Origin: Malacoraja senta
Taxonomy: Eukaryota
DNA: 64,000 bases
Reading direction: 5' to 3'
Assembly: GCA_038087875.1 (NCBI GenBank)
Contig: JAXLNO010000127.1
Location: forward strand, 1 to 64,000
Shown: piece by piece, positions 1-13,142 of the stretch
How the letters are laid out: the number at the start of each line of letters is the position of its first letter
How positions within the stretch are numbered: position 1 is the stretch's first letter
The notes under the pieces: model-generated
The model's database searches: none
Told to the model about the DNA's origin: nothing
The model's input: only the letters and a program-made list of their open reading frames with translations
Position numbers and translations under genes: made by a program

Positions 1-706
1 AGACTGCCCAAGCGGAATATGAGGTGCATTTCCTCCAATTTACGGTGTTGCTCGCTGTGGCCATGGAGGAGACCCAGGACAGAGAGGTCAGATACGGAAT
101 GGGAGGAAGAGTTGAAGTGCTGAGCCACCGGGAGTTCAGGTTGGTTATTGCGGACCGACCGGAGGTGTTCGGCGAAACGATCGCCAAGCCTCCGCTTGGT
201 CTCACCGATGTAGATCAGCTGGCATCTAGAGCAGCGAATGCAATAGATGAGGTTGGAGGAGATGCAGGTGAACCTCTGTCGCACCTGGAACGACTGCTTG
301 GGTCCTTGAATGGAGTGGAGGGGGGAAGTGAAGGGACAAGTGTTGCATCTCTTGCGGTTGCAAGGGAAAGTACCAGGGGAGGGGGTGGTATGGGAGGGAA
401 GGGAAGAATTGACAAGGGAGTTACGGAGGGAGCGGTCTTTGCGGAAGGCAGACATAGGGGGAGATGGGAAGATGTGGCGAGTGGTGGGGTCACGTTGGAG
501 GTGGCGAAACTGACGGAGGATCACTTGTATGTGACGGCTGGTGGGGTGAAAGGTGAGGACTAGGAGGACTCTGCCTTTGTTGTGAGTGGGGGGATGGGGG
601 GAGAGAGAGCAGTGTTGCGGGGTATGGCAGAGACCCTGGTGCGAGCCTCATCTATGGTGGAGGAGGGGAACCCCCGTTCCCTGAAGAATGAGGACATTTC
701 AGATGT
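1..706 (-). mobile_element. Penelope-like retroelement fragment (GIY-YIG endonuclease region)
   Basis: The minus strand near 1-45 reads KLEEMHLIFRLGS, the PLE GIY-YIG C-terminus. It is collinear with the longer RT-bearing copy at 30085-31505. Confidence 0.8.
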
Positions 707-834
707 CGTGCAGAATAACTGGTTTCACAGTAGTGATTGGTATTGGGGGGATGGTATTTGTGAATTCTTCGTCAACTGGGTTTTGCTTGTTGTAGAGGTC
801 TTGGACATTCTCTTTCCATCTTCCTCGGGTTCCT

Positions 835-1010
835 CCTCCGCCTTTTTCCTTTTTTCCTTTCTTCTCCCCACCCCCTATCAGTCTGAAGAAGGGTTTCAGC
901 CCGAAACGTTACCTATTTCCTTCGCTCCATAGATGCTGCTGCACCCGCTGAGTTTCTCCAGCATTTTTGTGTACCTTCGATTTTCCAGCATCTGCAGTTC
1001 CTTCTTTAAC
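835..1010 (+). mobile_element. PLE 3' terminal repeat with hammerhead-like core
   Basis: CTGAAGA-A-GGGTT-TC-AGCCC-GAAACGTT at 883-910, followed by the family tail ...ccagcatctgcagttccttc. Confidence 0.7.
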
Positions 1011-2517
1011 ATTCTGCACGACGAGATCGTCAGCTCAATTAGAAAGCTTTCTGATGGAAAAGCCCCAGGCTATGACAGCATTACTGGAGTAGAACTGAAA
1101 GCAGCTGGATACAAAGGAATTGATATTATACACAAACTGCAAGAAAATATGGGACGCAGAAGAATTTCCCAATGACTGGGGAAAGGCAATCATTATACCA
1201 ATCTACAAGCAAATAGACAGCTAGACTGTGGTAATTATAAGGGAATCAGCCTGCTTAATCATGCATGCAAAATATTCATCCTATCACTTCAAAAACGCAT
1301 CACGAAAAGGGCAGAAGAGATTCTATCAGAAGCCCAAGCGGGGTTTAGACCAGGTTGGTCATCCATAAATCAACTGTTCACTTTAAGACAAACAATGGAA
1401 AAACACCTCGAAAAGAAAAAATAATTCTTCTGTTGCTATATCGACTTTGAAAAGACCTTCGATTCTGTGTGGCAGGAGGGATTGTGGAAGGCACTGGTTT
1501 CTTTGGTTTTCAAACAAAATTATAAGGCCACTAAAAGCACTTTACCAGAAATCTACAAGTGCTGTAAGAGTGAATGGGGAACTAACAGATTGGTTTACCA
1601 CTGCAGTTGGAGTGCGACAAGGGTGTGTGATCTCACCACAGCTATTTAACATCCTACTTGAACTGGTCATGTATACATTGCACGACACAAATATAGGCGT
1701 AAATATCCAAGGTCAGCTCCTAAATAACCTGCGCTTCGCAGATGACATCGCACTCGTTGCTGCGAGTGAAACTGACCTCCAGACTCTGGTAAACCTCGTA
1801 CATGAAAGCAGTAAAGCAGTGGGACTGAAAATCAACTTAGGAAAAACACAAGTGCACGCAATCTCCAAAGAGAACATAAAAATAAATATCAAAATCAATG
1901 GTACATCATTAGCTCAGGTTGAGGAGTTCACATATCTAGGAGGAAAGATATGACAAACTGGATCCTGCTCCGAAGACATAACATTACGCGTTGGGAAAGC
2001 AGTTGGGACTGTTCAAAACCTCCAAAAGATATGGAGCGCCAAAGACATCTGAAGCAGCACTAAGATTGAGCTCTATAAAGTACTTGTGCTCTCAATACTG
2101 TTGTATGGAGTGGAAACCTGGACACTAAAGAAGGAAGATGAAAACAGACTGTCAACATTTGAAATGATGTGCCTTTGCAAATTAATGAGAGTGTCATGTT
2201 TCGACACCATACGTGCAACCCTTGGTATGGAATTAACCATTCTGGACAGAATTACAACAAAAAGTCTACATTACATCAGCCAAATCTAGCGAATGCCACC
2301 ATCACGCTTTCCCAAACGTGTCCATGGAAACCGCCCAAGAGGAAGACCATCAAAAAGATGGAGTGACTGCCTGAAAGCAGACTGCAGCAAAAAGAACATC
2401 AACTCTCTGGTCAGAGCTAGCAGGCTAGCTAAGGACAGAAGAGAGTGGCAGGACATCATGAAGCAGATGTCACCACTCAACCCCAAGTTGGAGTGAATGC
2501 CATAGGTAGATAGATAG
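1011..2517 (+). mobile_element. RTE-clade LINE, 5'-truncated and degraded
   Basis: Peptides GKAPGYD, GVRQGCVISPQLFN, LRFADDIAL, LLYGVETWTL and RPRGRPSKRW lie in broken frames; short (TAGA)n tail. Confidence 0.85.
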
Positions 2518-2533
2518 CACCAAAAGACAAGTA

Positions 2534-5420
2534 CATAGAAACATAGAAACATAGAAAATAGGTGCAGGAGGAGGCCATTCGGCCCTTCGAGCCAGCACCG
2601 CCATTCATTGTGATCATGGCTGATCGTCCCCTATCAATAACCTGTGCCTGCCTTCTCCCCATATCCCTTGACTCCACTAGCCCCTAGAACTCTATCTAAC
2701 TCTCTCTTAAATCCATCCAGTGATTTGGCCTCCACTGCCCTCTGTGGCAGGGAATTCCATAAATTCTCAACTCTCTGGGTGAAAAAGTTTTTTCTCACCT
2801 CAGTCTTAAATTACCTCCCCTTTATTCTAAGGCTGTGGCCCCTGGTTCTGGACTCGCCCAACATTGGGAAAAAATTTCCTGCATCTAGCTTGTCCAGTCC
2901 TTTTATAATTTTATATGTTTCTATAAGATCCCCACCTCATCCTTCTAAACTCCAGTGAATACAAGCCTAGTCTTTTCAATCTTTCCTCATATGACAGTCC
3001 CGCCATCCCAGGGATCAATCTCGTCAACCTACACTGCACTGCCTCAATCACAAGGATGTCCTTCCTCAAATGAGGAGACCAAAACTGTACACAATACTCC
3101 AGATTTGGTCTCACCAGAGCCCTATACAACTGCAGAAGAACCTCTTTACTCCTATACTGAAATCCTCTTGTTATGAAGGCCAACATTCCATTAGCTTTCT
3201 TCACTGCCTGCTGTACCAGCTCGCCAACTTTCAGTGACCGGTGTACAAGGACACCCAGGTCTCGCTGTACCTCCCCCTTAACTAACCTAACCCCATTGAG
3301 ATAATAATCTGCCCCCTGGTTTTTGCCGCCAAAGTGGATAACCTCACATTTATCTATATTATACTGCATCTGCCACGCATCTGCCCATTCACTCAACCTG
3401 TCCAGGTAACCCTGCAACCTCCAGACATCCTCTTCACAGTTCACACTGCCACGCAGCTTTGTGTCATCCGCAAACTTGCTAGTGTTGCTCCTAATTCCCT
3501 CTTCCAAATCATTAATATATATGGTAAACAGTTGCGGCCCCAACACCGAGCCTTGTGGCACTCCACTCGCCACTGCCTGCCATTCTGAAAAGGACCCGTT
3601 CACTCCTACTCTTTGCTTCCGGTCTGCCAACAAATTTTCTATCCATTTCAACACCCTACCCCCAATACCATGTGCTCTAATTTTAGTCACCAGTCTCCCG
3701 TGCGGGACCTTATCAAAGGCTTTCTGAAAGTCTAGATACACTACATCCACTGGCACCCCTTGCTCCATTTTTCTTGTCACATCCTCAAAAAATTCCAGAA
3801 GATTAGTTATGCATGATTTCCCTTTCATAAATCCATGTTGACTTGGACTAATCCTTTTATTGCTATTCAAATGCCCCATTATTACCTCTTTAATAATTGA
3901 CTCCAGCATCTTTCCCACCACCGAAGTCAGGCTAACTGGTCTGTAATTCCCCATTTTCTCTCTCGCTCCTTTCTAAAGTGGGATAACATTAGCTATCCTC
4001 CAATCCACAGGAACTGATCCAGAATCTATTGAACATTGGAAAATGATCACCAATGCATCCACTATTTCTAGAGCCACCTCCCTAAGGACCCTGGGATGCA
4101 GACCATCAGGCCCAGGGGATTTATCATCCTTCAGTCCCATTAGCCTACCCAATACTATTTCTCGCCTAATGAAAATCTCTTTCAGTTCCTCTACCCCCTT
4201 AGATCCTCTGTCCTCCCGTAAATCTGGGAGATTGTTTGTGTCTTCCTTAGTGAAGACAGATCCGAAGTACCTATTCAACTCTTCCGCCAATTCTTTGTTG
4301 CCCATAATAATTTCACCTGTGTCTGCATTCAAGGGACTTTGCTACTCTTTACCCTTAACATATCTAAAGAAGCTTTTACTGTCCTTTATATTCCTGGCCA
4401 GCTTCCCCTCGTACTTCATCTTTTCCGCCCGTATTGCCCGTTTTGTTTCCTTCTGTTGTCCTATGAAAGTTTCCCAATCCTCTGGCTTCTGGCTACTCTT
4501 TGCTGTGTTATACATCTTTTCTTTTAGTTTTATTCTATCCCTAACTTCTCTTGTCAGCCACAGTTGCCTCCTACTCCCCTTAGAATCTTTCTTCATTTTT
4601 GGAATGAAATGATCCTGCGTCTTCCGGATTATGCCCAGAAATTCCTGCCATTGCTGTTCCACCGTCATTCCTGCTAGGATCCCTTTCCAGTCTACTTTGG
4701 CCAGCTCCCCTCTCATGCCTTCATAGTCCCCTTTGTACAACTGCATCACTGCCACTTCCGATTTAACGTTCTCCTTCTCAAATTGCAGATTAAAACTAAT
4801 CATATTATGATCACTACCTCCAAGCAGTTCCTTTACCTCGAGTTCTCTTATCATATCTGGTTCATTGGACAACACTAAATCCAGAATTGCCTTTTCTCTG
4901 GTCGGCTCAATTACAAGCTGCTCTAGGAATCCATCTCGGAGGCATTCTACAAATTCTCTTTCTTGGGGTCCTGAACCAACCTGATTTTCCCAGTCTACCT
5001 TATTGAAATCCACCATCACCACAGTGGCATTACCTTTGTTACATGCCAGTTTTAACTCCTGCTGCAACTTACACCCTACATCCAGGCTACTATTTGGGGG
5101 TCTGTAAGTAACACCAATTAGTGTCTTCTTGCCTTTACAATTCCTCAACTCAATCCACAGTGACTCTACCTCGTCAGTCCCTATGTCTTCCCTCGCAAGG
5201 GACTGAATTCCATCCCTCCCCAGCAGAGCTACCCCACCCTCCTCTGCCCACCTGCCTGTCCTTTCTATAGGATGTATAACCCTGAATATTAAGTTCCCAG
5301 GCCCGATCCTCCTGCAGCCACGTCTCAGTAATCCCCACAATGTCATATATACCCTCTAACTGAGCCTCAAGCTCATCTACTTTACGTCTTATACCTCGCG
5401 CATTCATATACAATACTTTT
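2534..5420 (-). mobile_element. CR1 LINE, near-complete ORF2 (APE endonuclease + RT), frameshifted
   Basis: ORFs 5174-5413, 4342-5346, 3973-4332 and 2911-3954 give [34 protein letters not shown] and KFADDTKL. An (ATAGAAAC)n tail lies at 2534-2557. Confidence 0.95.
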
Positions 5421-5869
5421 AATTCCTTACATGTTTCACATTAGAGAAGCAAATTTCATTATCTAAATTGGCTTCAAAAATAACATTGCCTTGACCCATA
5501 TATTTGTTCATATGACATATTGCCTTGATTTATCTTACGCCTTTTCAACATTGTCAATAAACGATTAAGTTATTGTGGTAGTTATCTGCTTTTGCCTTTA
5601 TACAGCATGTGTTATTTATGATGTCGGCTATTTATGTTTGTTTTTTGTGTTTACAGATATGGTTGATTTTTTTGTGTGAGTGAAAACCTCCTTATGACGT
5701 CACTTGAACAAGCAGTTTGATTTGTGTTTTTTTGCATTGTCGATAAACTTGAGAAAAACACAAGTTCTTTTTTTACTTAAAGCAGTTATCAGAAAATATA
5801 TTATGCTTGCCCTATGAACTTTACGTTTATGAAAGAGAAAGAAAGAGATTAATAAAGATATATAATAAT

Positions 5870-5944
5870 TTTTATGTAGAGGTTCCCTGAGACATGAAAA
5901 TAATTTTAAGGGTTCCGCAAGGGTAAAAAGGTAGAGAAACGCTA
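5870..5944. mobile_element. Possible hAT-Charlie-type terminal fragment
   Basis: The reverse complement of the end reads TAGCGTTTCTCTACCTTTT (resembles Charlie termini) and is followed by ATGTAGAG (nnnTAnnn). No partner end was seen. Confidence 0.35.
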
Positions 5945-5998
5945 ATGTAGAGGAACCAATTAGAGGGCAGGCCATCCTAGACTGGGTATTGTGTAATG

Positions 5999-6846
5999 TA
6001 GCAATGTTACAAAATTTTGAGATTTTAAAAATCAAGTCTGCAATTTATCCCATCAGATAAAGCATAAAAAGAAGTTTAACTTGACACCTAATTCACTTTC
6101 ATATCTTCAGTATTAAAAATGTTATGGCCATTTTCATACTCGGAAATTAGCATCTTGTTCCCTATTGCTTTTCCATTGACTTAACACAAAAGCTGTGATC
6201 GAGGACAGTCAAAAGCCCATAACTTTCTTAAAAATTAAGAGAACTGAAAGAAATTTTCAGTTATTATAGTTTGAAGTATTCTGAAACAAATATGAAACAA
6301 TCTTACTTGGATGACCTGAAATTAAAGCATATAATTAGTTAGTTACCCAATTGTAGCTAATTACAAAATTCAATTATTAGATCTCAACATCTATCCATTT
6401 CTTAAGAAAAAATTAACATTTTTAAATAGCCTAAGTGTCCAAATAACATTCACACAATAATTCACAATATAACATGATTTTTAAATCTCATTGTCATGGA
6501 TTTATAGGCCAAATGGAAGGAATTTAGTGTTTAATTCCTGTAAATTAATGGCCATTTAAATCATCTTGCGAGTGAGATTTTGTGGAACGCGATCGATTAG
6601 AACGTTGCGGTTGCGGTGAATTTAAACCCCATATCGGCAGGAAAAATACTGCCGGTCCGTAAGTCACCTTTTCGCAAAGTAAAATTTGGATTAAAGGCAT
6701 CCTAAGAAGCACGTTTATATGTAAAATAAACGGCTTTCCTTTATCTGTCCCGTACGTGAAATCCGTCCCCGTTGTTGGCGTTCACGGCATTAGAAGCTGA
6801 TTTTTATTTCATTCCAGCGCTGAAATGGTCCAGCGATTTAAAAATT
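5999..6846. mobile_element. Non-autonomous TIR DNA transposon, truncated copy
   Basis: Starts TAGCAATGTTACAAAA and is the reverse-complement homolog of about 58490-59335. The other end is missing; a SINE fragment follows at about 6865. Confidence 0.85.
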
Positions 6847-7099
6847 GAGCCACCTTTTCGCAGCTCCTCTGACCCCGGTTCAATCCTGACCTCGGGTGCT
6901 GTCTGTGTGGAGTTTGCACGCTCTCCCTCTAAATGTGTAAGTTCCCTTTGGGCGCATCAGGGAAGCAGTCCCAGCTGTGAAGGGTCAGGTTGCGATAACC
7001 ACACAGTTTTGATTTAAGGTGGTTGGATGAAGAAATGAAGACAAACATGGGAAGTACATTTTACATGAATGGGCGAGCACTTGAAATAGCAGACAAAAT

Positions 7100-7535
7100 G
7101 TGTGGGAAGGAACTGCAGATGCCTGTTTAAACCGAAGATAGACACATAAAGCTGGAGTGCCAGTGGGACAGGCAGCATTTCTGGAGAGAAGGAATGGACG
7201 TTTCGGGTCGAGACCGTTCTTCAGACTGATAGTCACGGGAAAGGGAAAGGAGAGATGTAGATGATGATGTAGAGAGATATAGAACAACGAATGAAAGATA
7301 TGCAAAAAAGTAACGATGATAAAGGAAACAGGCCATTGTTAGCTGTTTGCTGGGTGAAAACGAGAATCTGGTGCGACTTGGGTGGGGGAGGGATGGAGGG
7401 AGCGGGAATACCAGGGTTACTTGAAGTTAGAGAAATCAATATTCTGGGCGGTAAGATGCCCAAGCGAAATATGAGATGCTGTTCCTACAATTTGCGTTTA
7501 GCCTCACTCTGACACTGGAGGAGACCGAGGAAAGA
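7100..7535 (-). mobile_element. Short PLE-derived element (GIY-YIG tail + 3' repeat with hammerhead-like core)
   Basis: The reverse complement at about 7197-7227 reads CTGAAGAACGGTCTCGACCCGAAACGTC. Homologous to the copies at 14050, 15215, 21495 and 35530. Confidence 0.75.
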
Positions 7536-7539
7536 GTGA

Positions 7540-7855
7540 GACCGAGTATTGGGGGTATGGCTGGTGCTGGTGTGGGGGTCAGGTGGTGAGAGTAGGAGAG
7601 GCAGTTGTGCTGGTGTTGTGAGGGTCAGGGTGGGGCTGGTATGAGGGTGGGGAATTGGGGGGTGGTGTAGGGGTGCTGGTGCTGTTTTGTGAGGCGGTCA
7701 GGGGGCGGGATCAGGGTCAGGGTGGTGCTGCTGTTGTCGGGGCATTGGTGGTGTGAGGGTCAGGGTGGTGGGGGTGTAGGAGGTGAAAGCGGTAAGGGTG
7801 TGGGAGTGTGAAGGTGTGGCAGGGGGTGATGCTGCTATGCTGGGATCAGGAGCGG
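7540..7855. repeat. G/T-rich low-complexity tract
   Basis: Repeated GGTGCTGGT, GAGGGTCAGGG and GGTGGTG units. Confidence 0.7.
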
Positions 7856-9110
7856 TCAATAGACAATAGGTGCAGGAGTAGGCCATTCGGCCCTTTGAGC
7901 CAGCACCGTCATTCACTGTGATCATGGCTGATCATCCACAATCAGAACCCCGTTCCTGCCTTCTCCCCATATCCCTTGACTCTGCTATCTTTAAGAGCTC
8001 TATCTAACTCTCTCTTGAAAGCCTCCAGAGAATTGGCCTCCACTGCCTTCTGAGGTAGAGAATTCCACAGACTCACAACTCTGTGTGAAAAAGTTTTTGC
8101 TCATCTCCGTTCTAAATGGCTTATTCTTAAACTGGACCCTGGTTCTGGACTCTCCCAAAATCGGGAACATGTTTCCTCCCTCTAGCGTGTCCAAACCATT
8201 AATAATCTTATATGTTTCAATAAGATTCCCTCTCATCCTTTTAAATTCCAGAGTATACAAGCCCAGCCGCTCTATACTATCAACATATGACAGTCCCGCC
8301 ATCCTTGGAATTAACCTGGTGAACCTACGTTGCACTCCCTTAATAGCAAGAATGTCTTTCCCCAAATTTAGAGACCAAAACTGCTCACAATAGTCTAGGT
8401 GTGGTCTCACTAGGGCCCTGTACAACTGCAGAAGGACCTCTTTGCTCCTATACTCAACTCCTCTTGTTATGAAGGCCAACATGCCATTCGCTTTCTTCAA
8501 TGCCTGCTGGACATGCATGCTTTCTTTCAGTTACTGATGAACAAGGACTCCCAGATCTCGCTGTACTTCCACTTTTCCCAACTTGACACCATATAGATAA
8601 TAATGTGCCTTCCTGTTTTTGCCACGAAAGTGGATAACCTCACATTTATTAAACTGCATCTGCCATGCGTCTGCCCACTCACCCAACCTGTCCAAGTTTC
8701 CCTGCATCCTCATAGCATCCTCCACGCAGTTCACACTGCCGCCCAGCTTTGTGTCATCTGTAAATTTGCTAATGTTACTTTTAATCTCTTCATCTAAATC
8801 ATTAATGTATATTGTAAATGGCTGCGGTCCCCACTAGTCACTGATTGCCATTCTGAAAGGGACCCGTTTATCCCTACTCTTTATCCTGTCTGCCAACCAA
8901 TTTTCTATCCATCTCAGTACCCTACCCCCAATACCATGTGCTCTAATTTTGCCCAGTAATCTCCTATGTGGGACCTTATCAAATGTTTTCTAAAAGTCCA
9001 GGTACACTACATCTACTGTCTCTCTCTTGTCCATTTTCCTACTTACATCCTCAAAGAACTCGGACCGATCCTGATACTGCAATCCAAATGTGCTGCTATT
9101 TCATCTTTTA
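7856..9110 (-). mobile_element. CR1 LINE 3' part
   Basis: ORF 8000-8518 (KKANGMLAFI...RPHLDYC) and a CAATAGACAATAG tail. Confidence 0.9.
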
Positions 9111-9119
9111 TAGTCAGAG

Positions 9120-9700
9120 TGAAGCTATTGTGTGGAAGTGGGGATCAGGGAGGGGAGGTGAGGGTGGGGGCGGTTGGAATGTTGCGGGGGGTGGAGCCGT
9201 GACACAAACTAACACTCTAGAATGTAGCATTTTGAACGATGCAACCAATGGGCAGCGGCGTCGGGGGCAGGACGTAGAAACAGACACAGACACAGACAGA
9301 CGGAGTTGGAGGAGGTCGTGTCTGGTGTCTGCTCTGCTTAGCTCAGCTCTGCTCAGCTCAGCCATACTCTACCCTACCCCACCCTACCCTACCCCACCCT
9401 ACCCTACCCTCATCTACCATCATCTACGATTATCTACCATCATCTACTATATTATACTATACTCTAGGTGCGGCGGGGACAGGCTGCGACCAGAAGGGGA
9501 GTGGTTGAAGTGGCCACGCTCCAGCTCCTTATTCCTGGAGCTGCGGGGAAGCTTCTGCCGCTCGGATCCCGCAGGGACCATCACTCGGTGAGTCTGTATG
9601 TCTGTCATGTCGGTCCCTGGCCCCGCACAGGTGACCGCTCTTCCCGGTGCCGGTGGCCCTGCGGACGGGGGCGGCTCCCAGCCTCCTCACCCCCTTGACT
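9120..9700 (+). promoter_or_regulatory. Candidate CpG-rich promoter / 5' region of the SUN2-like gene
   Basis: Non-TE, GC/CpG-enriched island with a GC box GGGGCGG at 9167-9173, CCAAT at 9245-9249 and a strong donor G|GTGAGT at 9588. It lies 3.7 kb upstream of the ATG exon. Confidence 0.5.
9468..9587 (+). other. SUN2: Candidate non-coding 5'UTR exon (start uncertain)
   Basis: Donor CG|GTGAGT at 9587/9588. The ATG exon (13271) begins with a splice acceptor, so an upstream exon is required. Confidence 0.45.
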
Positions 9701-9711
9701 GCCTCCCCTTA

Positions 9712-9912
9712 TCAGAGGGCTGTGGAGGCAGGTTCTCTGGATGCTTTCAAGAGAGAGCTAGATAGGGCTCATAAAAATAGCGGAGTCAGGGGATATGGGG
9801 AGAAGGCAGGAGCGGGGTACTGATTGGGGATGATCAGCCATGATCACATTGAATGGCGGTGCTGGCTCAAAGGGCCAAATGGCCTACTCCTGTACCTATT
9901 GTCTATTGTCTA
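9712..9912 (+). mobile_element. CR1 3' end
   Basis: ...ggatatggggagaaggcagg...cctattgtctattgtct tail. Confidence 0.85.
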
Positions 9913-11277
9913 AACACTGACCCACGGCAGCGCTGTCAGAGCCCAGTGGCGCTTCACCCCTGAATTAATTAACTGCACACTTTACAGAGGTATTGTACAA
10001 GATTGGAATAATAGTCGGTATTTAAAGGATTAAGGTGTATTATCGCTATGATGATTTGCTGCTTCTTCACTGGCACTTTAACTTTGGATCACTAGTTAAC
10101 GTTTATTATTGTCAATATGATCCTCCGCTTGGTTTGGTGGATCATAGACTGCGGTATCCAGTTGAAGGAAAGGCCAACGGCTGCTGTTTTGGAAAAAAAC
10201 AGTATGGAACCTTCACTCTCTCTTGAAGCTCCTGTGCTAATCCTGGGCTTTAGCCTCTGTCTACCTTCTTTTTGTATCTGTGTGTTAACTGGTGCCGGTA
10301 TCTCAGCCCTCCGTGACCATGATGAATTGATGAATTTGCAATGTCGTGGCCCTGAAGCTGTAGAGGTTTTCAAACCATATCAATCCTGTGCTATGGTTCG
10401 CGTCTTGCTGCAAACTTCGTTATCTCTGATACAGGGGTGGTAGCTGGTGACTCGTGGAGTCAACTGGAACGGTTAATGATAGGGAAACTGTTAACTACCT
10501 GTGATAAAATGTCATGTTAAAGGGAGAATGACTGAATTTGCCAATAGTATTATTATCTATCTATTATAATATTACGAAAACTATCATTTTGTTTGTTTGT
10601 ATGCGTGCATGCGTGATTCCAAAACTCCGCCAAAACGGTACACGATAGCGCTACAATGTTTGGCCCACCATTGTCCTAGGGAATCCGTTAGCCAAGTTTT
10701 GTTTAGATTGATGTTATTATTTACAATTTATTGACGTGAAACTTTACAAAAACTACTTTTAAAGTGCACTTCCCCTTGCCCTGCCTGTCAATGACATCAT
10801 GATGGAATCCCGAATCTCATTGACATAAAATTCAAAACAAAATCTGTTTTATTCAAATTCTTCCGTTTTCACACAGGGAATCCGAATCTCATTTACATAA
10901 AAAATCGTGTGGGGGGTGGGGGGGATAGGGTGGAGGTGAGGAGTGGGGGAGCAGGGAGGGAGAGGGGTTATGGAGGGAGGAAGGGACTGAGGGAGGTAGA
11001 GGTGATTGAGGGAGGAGGAGAGGGGAAAGAAGAGGGATGGTGAAGATGCCTGGTTGGGGACGAGCCCCAGGGCTTTAGCCGGGCCCGGGCTTTGGGCGCT
11101 GGTGAGCTGACACAGACACAGACTGGGCCCTGAGCGCAGATGATGATGCCCATTTTTGATGATTGCTGCCCACAAAATGCTCTGCCCTTCATCAAATCCC
11201 AAGAGGCCCAGGCAATGAATGGTGAGCTGGAGGGAATAGTGCTCTGAAACGAAGCTCTGCCATGTATATTTCTCTGA

Positions 11278-11470
11278 ACGGTGGCGCAGCGGTAGAGTTG
11301 CCAGAGACCCAGGTTCCATCCCGACTACGGACGCTGTTCTGTATGGGGTTTGTACGTTCTCCCCGTGACCGTGGGTTTTCTCTGAGATATTTGGTTTCTT
11401 CCCACATGCCAAAGACGAACAGGTTTGTAGGTTAATTGGCTTGGTATACATGTAAATTGACCTTAGCCTG
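11278..11470 (+). mobile_element. HE1-like tRNA-derived V-SINE (partial)
   Basis: A-box-like GGTGGCGCAGCGG, B-box-like GGTTCCATCC and the family core gtacgttctccccgtgacc. Confidence 0.75.
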
Positions 11471-11984
11471 TGTAATCTGTGGCTTGTGTTGTCTGAGATA
11501 TAATCTGCCATTTGGGCCCAGCCTCGCATGTTGAGTGGAAGCAGTGTTGGCCCTGGAGCTGGTGCTGGCTGGCGCCAGGCAATTGAAAAGCAAAAACGCG
11601 CAGATGCTGGAAGTCCAAAATGAAAATGGGAGAGGCGTTGTAGGCTTTGCAGGTCTGACCCCATTAATGTGTCAGGTCACCGACCCTCCATTGAAATAGT
11701 CATAAAACAGAGAAGCAGGCCCTTCAGCCCTACTCCTCATCCATGCCAACAAAGGAGCCTCCCCGGGCTGCTCCCATTTGCCTGTGGTTGGCCCATATCC
11801 CTCTAAACCTTTCCAATCCATATACCTCACGAAACGTCTTTTAAACACAGTAAATCACTTCCTCTGGCAGTTCGTTTCATCTCCCCTCCACTCTCTGTTG
11901 GAATGGTTGCCCCTCAGGTTGCCCTTAAAATCATTCTCTCACCTATGCCTCTGTTCCTCAGTTGTAGATTCCCCGACAATAGAT

Positions 11985-13142
11985 GGAGGAGTAGGCCATT
12001 CGGCATTTCAATGTGATCATGGCTGATCATCCACAATCAGTACCCAGTTCCTGCCTTCTCCCCATATTCCCTAACTCCGCTATCATGAAGAGTCCTATCT
12101 AGCTCTCTCTTGAAAGTATCCAGAGAACTGGCCTCCACCGCCGAGGAGGAGAATTCCACAGACTCGCAACTCTCTGTGTGAAAAAGTGTTTCCTCATCTC
12201 TGTTCTAAATGGCTTAGCCCTTATTCTTAAACTGTGGCCCCTGGTCCCCTCCCCGAACATCGGAAACATGTTTCCTGCCTCTAGTGTGTCCAAACTAATA
12301 ATAATCTTATATGTTTCCATAAGATAACCTCTCATCCTTCTAAATTCCAGAGTATACAAGCCCACCCGCTCCATTCTTTTCAGGACTCAAAGCGACTTTG
12401 AGTCCTGAAAAGCGCTATATAAATAAAATCTATTATTATTATTATTCTCTCAGCATATGACAGTCCCGCCATCCCGGGAATTTACCTTGTGGACCTACGT
12501 TGTACTCCCTCAATAGCAAGAATGCCCTTCCTCAAATTTGGAGACCAAAACTGCACACAATACTCCAGGTGTGGTCTTACTAAGGCCCTGTACATCTGCA
12601 GAAGGACCTCTTTGCTCCTATACTCAACTCCTCTTGTTATAAAGGCCAACATGCCATTCGCTTTCTTCACTGCCTGCTGTACCTGTATGCTTACTTTCAT
12701 TGACTGATGAACAAGGACCCCCAGATCCCGTTGTACTTCCTCTGTTCCCAACTTGACACCAATTAGATAATAATCTGCATTCCTGTTTTTGCTACCAAAG
12801 TGGATAACCTCACATTTATCCACATTAAACTGCATCTGCCATGCATCTGCCCACTCACCCATCCTGTCCAAGTCACCCTGCATTCTCACAGCATCCTCCT
12901 CACAGTTCACACTGCCACCCAGCTTTGTGTCATCTGCAAATTTGCTAATGTAACTTGTAATCCCTTTATCTAAATCATTGATATATATATTGTAAATAGC
13001 TGCGGTCCCAGCACCGAGCCTTGCGGTACCCCACTAATCACTGCCTGCCATTCTGAAAGGGACCCGTTAATCCCTACTCTTTGTTTCCTATCTGCCAACC
13101 AATTTTCTATCCATGTCAGCACTCCACCCCCAATACCATGTG
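11985..13142 (-). mobile_element. CR1 LINE 3' part with a small nested insertion at 12377-12443
   Basis: ORFs 12099-12374 and 12482-12910 encode the CR1 RT C-terminus. Confidence 0.9.

Noticed and set aside
24..563. Plus-strand ORFs over PLE and CR1 copies (also 4043, 28519, 30231, 46661 and similar)
   Set aside because: These are antisense shadow frames of retroelement coding sequence.
10849..11664. 271-aa minus-strand ORF
   Set aside because: It runs through a SINE and low-complexity purine tracts and shows no recognisable domain.
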